42,105 bases of DNA from Octopus bimaculoides. Taxonomy: Eukaryota. The notes below the pieces were generated by a model. It was not told the origin of the DNA. It ran no database searches and saw only the letters and a list, made by a program, of their open reading frames with translations. A program made the position numbers and the translations under genes. Below are positions 33,922 through 42,105 of this stretch, piece by piece (the stretch's first letter is position 1; every line of letters starts with the position of its first letter). The DNA is taken from contig NC_068983.1 in the NCBI RefSeq assembly GCF_001194135.2, positions 66,396,214 through 66,438,318 of the forward strand, read 5' to 3'.

Positions 33922-34857
33922 CGTGCGCGCATGTGTAGTAATGTGTACACTATCTTTAAAAAATTTCTTTGAACATAGATTTCCTTGACCAGAGTAGACT
34001 GAAGCTAACCTCTTCCCCTACAACTAACTCATCAGCCACCCATGATAATACTTTTGCCACCACCCAAGTCATTCTTTGATAAGAAACCTGGTTTAGTTAT
34101 GTTATCACTGAAGCAAAGAGAGAGTCTCTACTTAGTCACTCAGCATGCTAAAAACCTAAACCAAATTTTCTTTAAGTGCACTTTTCCAGAGTGTCTGTGA
34201 TTGGTGAGAGGGAAAAAGGATGTCATCCTTTGATAAGAAACCTGGTTGGCTCAAATTTTATTGCAATATATGAGATTGTTAAACAATTGACTGCATGTGG
34301 CATACTTCAGTTTATTAGACTGTGTCTCTACAATTATTTTCTTCATTTCTTTTTGAATGTCTATCTCAAACAAATCCATTAGGACTTAGAAACTTTGTAT
34401 CTTATACAGGCTTTCAGTGACTTTTACCACTCTACCCTAGTTCCATGGAACATATGCTATTATTGTATTGCCTGGAGAACTTTTGTCAAGCAGCCCTATA
34501 CCACAAAATCAGTTAGGTATTTATTGTCTTCACAGACAAATTAAATTGGTATCATTATCTTTAGATCAGCACTGATGGATAAGATCTATGGTCAAAGATG
34601 TTACTTAAAATCTGATCATTTGGTTTCAGATATTTTTTTCCAAACTTATTCCGTTTTTTTTCTTTTTTTTACAATAGTGAATATGATTTTGAAGTGACAT
34701 AGCTACTATTTCTAGTTGATAGGTCAACCATATGAAGGAAACTTCATTGGCTCATGTAATATCACACTTGGATTGAGTAGGGCAACCTTGTATTTTTTCT
34801 TTATCGCAAGAAAGCCTGTGTCTTAAACAATTAAATTTGTAATTTTAATATTGACAA

Positions 34858-35022
34858 GTGTAGGAGTGGCTGTGTGGTAAGTAGCTTACTTACAAACCAC
34901 ATGGTTCCAGGTTCAGTCCCAACTGCGTGGCACCTTGGGCGAGTGTCTTCTACTATAGCCTCGGGCCGATTAAAGCCTTGTGAGTGGATTTGGTAGACGG
35001 AAACTGAAAGAAGCCCGTCGTA

Positions 35023-35077
<55 letters not shown>

Positions 35078-35298
35078 ATGTGTGTGTATATGTTTGTGTG
35101 CCTGTGTTTGTCCCCCCAACATCGCTTGACAACTGATGGTGGTGTGTTTACGTCCCCGTAACCTAGCGGTTCGGTAAATGAGACCGATAGAATAAGTACT
35201 AGGCTTCCAAAGAATAAGTCCTGAGGTCGATTTGCTCGACTAAAGGTGGTGCTCCAGCATGGCAGCAGTCAAATGACTGAAACAAGTAAAGAGTAAGC
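34858..35298 (+). mobile_element. Near full-length, young tRNA/CORE-like SINE with internal (TA)n(TG)n
   Basis: A-box tggctgtgtgg, B-box ggttcagtccc, CORE-like ggcaccttgggcgagtgtcttctactatagcctcggg, internal microsatellite, tail gatagaataagtactaggc..tgaaacaagtaaagagtaag; many CpGs retained. Confidence 0.9.
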
Positions 35299-35443
35299 TA
35301 TGATAAATTAGGGTTCTCATCCAAAGAAAGAGATTCTTCTCTTAGCCATTTAATAGCATTAACATAAAGATAGTCTTCCCTAGATCTCACCTACTGTAAG
35401 CTATTGATTGACAACCTTCACAAGAATATATGATGAATAATTC

Positions 35444-35980
35444 AAGCATCAGTTGTGGAAGCATCAGTTGTGGCGTGCAAGAGAGACGATTGCGCTGGTA
35501 TGGACATGTGGTGAGAATGGAGGAGGATAGCTGCGTGAAAAAGTGCCACACCCTAACAGTTGAGGGAACCCGTGGAAGAGGTAGGCCCAGGAAGACCTGG
35601 GCTGAGGTGGTGAGGCAAGACCTTCGTACATTGGGCCTCACCGAGGCGATGACTACGGACCGAGACCTTTGGAAATGGGCTGTGCGTGAGAAGACCCGGC
35701 AAGCCAAGTAAGATCGTTGCCAGTGCCCCTGGACTGGCTTGTGCGGGTGGCACATAAAAGACACCATTTCGAGCGTGGCCGTTTTCGTGCGGGTGACACG
35801 TAAAAGCACCCACTACACTCTCTGAGTGGTTGGCGTTAGGAAGGGCATCCAGCTGTAGAAACTCTGCCAAATCAGACAGGAGCCTGGTGTTGCCATCCGG
35901 TTTCACCAGTCCTCAGTCAAATCGTCCAACCCATGCTAGCATGGAAAGCGGACGTTAAACGATGATGATGATGATGATGA
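35444..35980 (+). mobile_element. Young 5'-truncated RTE LINE (ORF2 C-terminus + 3' UTR + (GAT)7 tail)
   Basis: Open frame VQERRLRWYGHVVRMEEDSCVKKC..GTRGRGRPRKTW..DRDLWKWAVREKTRQAK*; CpG-rich; tail gttaaacgatgatgat. Confidence 0.92.
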
Positions 35981-37187
35981 ATTCAGCTTAAATTAGATTC
36001 AGTCAACAATCTATCAATTTGTCAAGATCTACCAGCACCTTCATCTGAATTTTAGATATTGCTCATCTTATCAACATGAGGATTAAGGCCATACAATAAG
36101 GATAAGAAATCCTTTGCCTAGCATAAGGATCTTAAACGGTTGGAGCTGTTGCCAATTCAGTCAAAATATAGACTGTATACGTGTGTGTGTGTGCATGTAT
36201 TCCATGACAAGCAAAATTCTTTCTTCTCCTTCATCAGCTCCATTCACTTCTCTCTCCATTTCACCTCCTCCATCTCCAATACCACCCTTAATTTCCCTGG
36301 CATAACTGCCTGTATCAACAATTCTACCCCTACCCTATCTACTTCTGTTTTCTTCAAACCTACAAACTTCTTCTCCTACATCAACTTCTCCTCCTTTCAC
36401 CTTACTCACACCATATACTGCATATTAGCCTTTATACCCGTATCCAGAACTCAACCCAGTGTATTTTGTTTTCTCTTGTTTACTACCTCACCAGCCTTCC
36501 TCTCCAGCATATCCTCTTCTATCTCTTCTGCCGTCTTCTGTTCCCTCCTCCCCATTCCTCCCTTTAAGTGCATCTGCAACCTGTACAGCCTCCTCTCCAC
36601 AGATCATTCTTCCTCATCTCTGTCCCCTCTTGCTCCAAAGTCCACTGCCAAATCTTCCCTTTCATTTCCAGCACTACTGCCCTCATTGAACCTAACCTCT
36701 GCATCTTAAATATAAGGAATCTTTCTGCTGCACCTGCAACAATTTCATATATATCCACCAATGTATGTTTCTTCTGTAATTCAATCTACATTTGGGCAAA
36801 CTGACACACCAACACCATCCATCATGTTTAACTAAAGTCCCTATACTTCCATACTAGCACACATTTATACATAGACATACATCACAGAAACATGTGCCAC
36901 CACCCATATGCCCATTTCCAAGCATAGATGCACTCCAATACGTGCTTCTATGCAGTCACCTCTTCCTACCTTAACTTTCTCCCTCGTGTAGAACAGCATT
37001 ACAACCCTCCACTGTTCTTCTTTTATTATAGTTATTGATTTTAAAATACATATATGCATGTATGCATATATGTATGTACAAACAGACACAGATAGATAAG
37101 AAAGACAGACAGATAGCTAAATAGATAGATAGATAGATAGGTATACACATGCACACACACGTGTGTGTGTGTGTGTGTATATATATA

Positions 37188-38280
37188 TCAGACTGAGTAA
37201 AAAATAAACAACATTTTGAAACAGGAAATTCTTTACATTATATTTCAACAATGCAGAAATTTTATTCATCAAAGTAAGTACCATTACAATCAACACATTT
37301 TTGTCATGTGTTCCAAGTTTGTTTATTCTGGTAACATAAAAATCTGAAGTTCTAGAGCTGGTGAACTCTTTGAATGCACTTTCAGCATCGGTTTGATTTT
37401 TGAACTCCTCTCACAGGAAACCATCAAGGTGCTTCAAAAAGTGGTAGTTGGTAGGAAAAAGGTCTGAGGAATAAGCTGGGAGTGGGGAGAACTTCATAGC
37501 CAAGTTCCCTCAACTTCTGGAGCATCATTAGTGAAACGCATGATCGAGCATTGTCATGAAGAATGATAGGCTCTCTTCTGTTGACCAGTCTGGGACAGAA
37601 GAGTAGCAGTATTTTGTTCATTTTGGCAATTTCATGGCAATATGTTTCTGCAGTAATGGTTTTTCCAGGTTTTAAGAAGTTATAGTGGGTGAGTCCAGCA
37701 GTACACCACCAAACAGTCACCATAACCTTCTTTTTGAAGAGCTTGGGTTTTGAAAAGATTTTTGGTTCAACCACTGTGAAGAACTTTTTATTATTGTACA
37801 GAATCCACTTTTCATCGCAAGTTACAATACGGTTGAGAAATGGATTGGTCTGGTTATGGAAAAGAAGCAATGAGCAAATTTCATATCTGCGCATTTTCTG
37901 ATTTTCATTCAAATTGTGTGGTACCCATTTGTTGAGCTTTTTCGATTTTCTGATCACATGCAAATGGTTGCAGGCAGTTTTCTGATTAACTTGAAGTTCT
38001 TTTGCCAGTTCTCAAGAGGTTTTACATGGATCTTTCTCAATGATGATCTTTTATTGACTGTCATCAATGACAGATGTGCGTCCACTATGTTCACAATTTT
38101 CAAGGCTCAGATCTCCACTGCGAAATCGTTTAAACCAATTTCAAGCTGACCGCTCACTTGAGGAAAACCTCTTAAGCAGTTTCTTAAATAGATCCGCTCT
38201 TAATTTCTATGAACATAACATCAATGTTTCAGCGATTCTGTCTGCTTTATATAGAATGAATTTTTACTTAAAATGATTTA
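37188..38280 (-). mobile_element. Near full-length mariner transposase pseudogene
   Basis: HTH NWFKRFRSGDLSLEN..SGR, WVPHNL, IVTCDEKWILYNN, KKVMVTVWW..GLTHY, ILHDNAR, frameshifted HP.YS.DL.P..YH.L; stops in the N-terminal part. Confidence 0.92.
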
Positions 38281-40196
38281 ATTTTCTATTGTAATTTCAA
38301 TCACTAAGCTAACACAGTGTAACCAAATATATTGATTGTCTATATACAGGCATTGTAGAAAGTATGATTCAGTGATTGAAGGTAGTAGTAGTAGTAGTAG
38401 TAGTAGTAGTATATGGTCTAGTGGGTTCAGAATAAGACTAAAATATCTTTTATATTTAGCAAATACACTCTGTTCACCAGGAAACAATAGCATTTTCTTT
38501 ACTAAATTTCAAATTCTGATTATTTCATTTCAAATTCTGTTCATTGAAGGCTATTTAAAGAAATTCTAGAGAATTATAAACAGAAATGGGAAAATATTAA
38601 CATCATCAGGTTAATGGAAATTCTGCCACTGAGGACAAAAGGTGGGTGAAGTATGGGGTAGGTTAATATGGTGTAATTAATGATATCTTTACATTCGTCA
38701 TTTTGAGAAAATTATTCATTAATTTTAATTACTTTACAGGTATTTTAAAATATTTTTACTATAGATATTCATTCCATATCAATATAGATTCTGAACAATC
38801 TTGGACAGCCTGGGACATTTGCATGAATTGTCAGAGTTAATTTTACAGACTTATACAATTTCATTATTTCCAGCAATGATAACTGACATAGGGCTGTCCT
38901 CATTGGTTCCTGATTTCTTGAACTTTGCTTTTATTGTGCAGCACTGAGAAAGGAGAGAGAATTTCAGCAGAAAAAGAAAAAGGCAGTTTGGTTAACCTGG
39001 CATAGAACTTCCATTTCTTTTTAGCCAGAAATGCAACAAGCTGGAAATGTAATGTGTCATAGTTGGTAAAAGGCATATGGAATGATAGCCTTCTGGGTTA
39101 ATGAGATGACAATTCAACTCTCATCATTAATTGTATCTGTCAATATTATTTACCTCTTAATAGTCCCACTGTTGATCACAGTGGATGTTCGCTACAGATA
39201 GTATTTTTCATCATTGTTGTATCATTGAAGACTGCATCTTTTGATTAATCTGCACTATAATCTTGATAAAAGTATCTCTTTATTCTTCCTACACCTTCGT
39301 TTTCACTGTAAATGGATCTCATATAGTAAAACAGAAAGCAAAATATTCTGCTTAGACTACAATGACGACATTGTAAATGGAAGGTGTCAGCTATCTCAAT
39401 CAATCATATATACAAAGTGCTTTCACACATATGTGAAATGTATGTACAGCACACACATATTTTATTGTACTTACCATTATGTCTTATCAATACCTTGAAA
39501 AAACATAAAAAGCTATATTTTTATATTTCTAATGTTTTTAGATACAATATCAATAGTATAAATGAAGAAAGTTTCAGAAAATATGTGGTTAAAAATCCCT
39601 TCAAATTCCTCTCACCTATTCCCTTTACAAAATAAATTAATGATTTTTGTAGCATTCTGATAAATTTGTACACTGGATAAAGAACATCAAAAAGCTTAAG
39701 ATCCTATATTGGGTGAAATAAAAATATAGTAATCGGGCACCAACAATGTGTTTAGCTTTGAAGATATGAAAGATTGTACTGAACATGCTTTGTTACAGAG
39801 AAGAAAGAGAAGAGCCACTTCTGGTGGATCCTTCTAATGATAACATGTCCAAATTTGTCTTCTGTACTTGCAAAGATAAAAATAATGTTGATCATAACTA
39901 TTAATTTTTACTTAAGATTTTTAACCGTTTGACAAATTAAGCATACATTCATCCACTTAACTCTCATTTATCAGAGTGATGGTGACAAAGATAATATGAT
40001 TTTTTATAAATTTACATACTCTACACCAATGAAGATATGTTTACATAGCAATTCACTCATAAATATTTTGGTAAATATCAAGGTAAATGAAAATATCAAG
40101 GTAAATTCCATTAAAAAAGATTCAATAAGAACAAAACATGTCTCATGTCTTTTTCTATGCTGAGGTAAAAATAACATTGACATATACATAACACAT

Positions 40197-40203
40197 GCGT
40201 GTG

Positions 40204-40248
<45 letters not shown>

Positions 40249-40250
40249 AT
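40197..40250. repeat. (TG)n microsatellite
   Basis: Direct reading. Confidence 0.95.
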
Positions 40251-40265
40251 GTATGACGTATGTAT

Positions 40266-40835
40266 GTCATCATCATCATCCTCATTTAACGTCCGTTGTC
40301 CATACTGGAATGGGTTGGACAGTTTGACCAGGGCTGGTAAGCTTGAAGGCTGCACCAGACTCCAGTCTGTTTTGGCATAGTTTCTATGGCTGGATGCCCT
40401 TCCTAACACCAACCACTCTGAGAGTGTAATGGTAATGGGTGCTTTTACCGGCACGGGTGCCATTTGTGTGACATCGATATCTGTCACAACTGTGGTTTTA
40501 TTTGGTTTGATGGGTCTTCTTCTCAAGCACGGCATAATGCCAAACAGACTTTGTCATTGCCTCCATGAGGCCCAACACTTGAAGCCTGACATAATGTCAA
40601 ATGGTCTCAGTCCTTGCTTCCATGATGCCCAATGCTAGAAAGGTGCTTTTACATGTCACCAGCAGGGGTGCCATTTGTCTGATACTGGTATCTGCTGTGA
40701 CTGTGATTTTACTTGGCTTGATGGGTCTTCTTCTCAAGCACAACGTAATGCCAAAGGTCTCGGTCATTACTTGTGTGAGGCCCAACATTCAAAAGGAGCT
40801 CAACCACTTTGCCTCAGTGAGGCTCAACACTCAAA
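40266..40835 (-). mobile_element. RTE 3' end with a ~204-bp tandem duplication of the ORF2 end/3' UTR
   Basis: Tail catcatcatcctcatttaacgtccg; units start at 40437 and 40641 (ggtgcttttac..gatgggtcttcttctcaagcac..gaggcccaaca), each encoding the ..AVLEKKTHQ end of ORF2 on the minus strand. Confidence 0.85.
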
Positions 40836-40960
40836 AGATAGAATAAGTACTAGGCTTACAAAGAATAAGACTTGGGGTCGGTTTGTTTGACTAAAGATAG
40901 TGCTCCAACATGGCTGCAGTCAAATTATTGGAACAAGTAAAAGAATGAAAGAATAAAGGA
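40836..40960 (+). mobile_element. 3' tail of the 34858-family SINE
   Basis: gatagaataagtactaggcttacaaagaataag..gtgctccaacatggctgcagtcaaa..aacaagtaaaagaatgaaagaat matches 35185-35298. Confidence 0.85.
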
Positions 40961-41173
40961 ATTAGACGTCATGACAGGCATTGACTATTGGGGTTGACTA
41001 AAATATTTGGCAGTCCTTACATAGAATTTCATATGTTTTTTTGAACCATGGCCCTGAAGAGGCTTGTATGCATAGATAGGAATATGTTATAAATTCACTA
41101 CTGTATATAAGTTGAAACAAATTTTTGGCTTTGTATGTTTTTTTTTAAATTTGTTATGTTATCTTATAATATA

Positions 41174-41760
41174 CTAGCAGAAATACCTGGCGTTGCCCGG
41201 GTTAAAGAGAATAATGAAATCTAAAAACACCGTCTAGACTACGCAACCCTCAACTGTTAGTAGCTACGATACCATATTTCTACATTAATAACTCTCCAAT
41301 CCATGCCAGCATGGAACATAGACATTAAGTGGAATGCTAGAAGAAAGTTTTCAACTCATATGTATATAAAGTAAATACACGTAATTCAGAAACACGTTTT
41401 GTGTATTTTATTCTGTAACCAAACAAACAGGTACAGATTATAAATAATGAAAGGCCAATTTTGGTGATTCATTTGACAGAGGTAGTAGAGAGACAATGCG
41501 ATGATAAATCTGAGGTTGGATCTTGAAAGTTTGGATGAATGCTGCCTCAGTTAAATCTCTTGTGGTTCCAAATATGCTGTTGTGATTATAACACCTCGTT
41601 GTAAACAATGTTCCTTGTTTTCCCTTGTGGAGCATATGCAAATAGGTTTTCTTTGCTGCCCACTCTTGAGCAGCCAACATACAGTTGTCCATGTGAGAAG
41701 CGGGGCTCTTCCAAGAGAAGACCAGCTACAGACAGTACTCATCTGTTATGTTCATCAACA
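41174..41760 (-). mobile_element. Helitron relic: Pif1-type helicase C-terminus, Rep-side N-terminal fragment and canonical 3' end
   Basis: 41732-41586 encodes SVAGLLLEEPRFSHGQLYVGCSRVGSKENLFAYAPQGKTRNIVYNEVL*; 41572-41453 encodes FGTT..TFKIQPQIYHRIVSLLPLSNESPKL; GC hairpin cccgggcaacgccagg (41201-41186) lies 8 nt before terminal CTAG (41177-41174), followed by T. The 5' extent is not determined. Confidence 0.85.
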
Positions 41761-42105
41761 TCAAAGATATATGAATTTTCATGGGAGTTATGGCCATTAT
41801 GCATAGAATATAATTTCCAAATTGCAGACAAAATTTACAATCGATAAATGTCTTAGAACAACCAGTCTCTCATCTCGGAAGGCCTTGAAATCAATGTTAC
41901 CAACTGGGCACTATGTGTGTCGCAGTGATAATAAAAAGACTCAAAGGAGGTCTGCAACGAAATGATTTTACTCAACACTTTGCAAGTGAATCAGTGGAGG
42001 CAAAGATGCGTCTCATTTACTTGACAATTTATGCACCACATTGCAGAAATCACAATGTAAGTATATCTGAAAGGGTAGTCTGACACTGTTGTACCGTTGA
42101 ATTAC

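Noticed and set aside
41822-42056. Apparent long plus-strand exon ending in aat|gtaagt
   Set aside because: Re-reading the A5 run at about 41933-41937 shows the frame is broken (stop after ..RRSATK); no continuous ORF.

Overview
Eukaryotic, AT-rich, repeat-dense, non-coding DNA with three assembly gaps (3537-4324, 19877-19886, 33060-33673). The SINE and RTE families and the dense microsatellites look like a cephalopod (Octopus-type) genome; that is inferred from repeat recognition and is not proven. I found no confident host-gene exon and no intact CDS. Most computed ORFs are microsatellite or N artefacts, or antisense shadows of transposons. Recognisable content: two R4/Dong-like (RLE) non-LTR elements, a Tx1/L1-like fragment, several RTE LINE fragments and 3' ends, three mariner transposase relics plus a mariner MITE, a ~266-bp foldback MITE, many tRNA-derived SINEs, a Penelope-type GIY-YIG fragment and a scrambled Helitron 3' end. 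The most interesting object is a small composite element present twice (21742-22018 and 30261-30658). It has a head-to-head inverted tRNA-like Pol III head, an (AAT)n spacer, a minimal type I hammerhead-ribozyme motif of the Penelope type and a (TGTAAATAA)2 tail. The 30 kb copy is flanked by a 13-bp target-site duplication. It looks like a ribozyme-bearing, possibly Penelope-mobilised SINE or retrozyme. All coordinates and counts were read by hand and may be off by a few bases.
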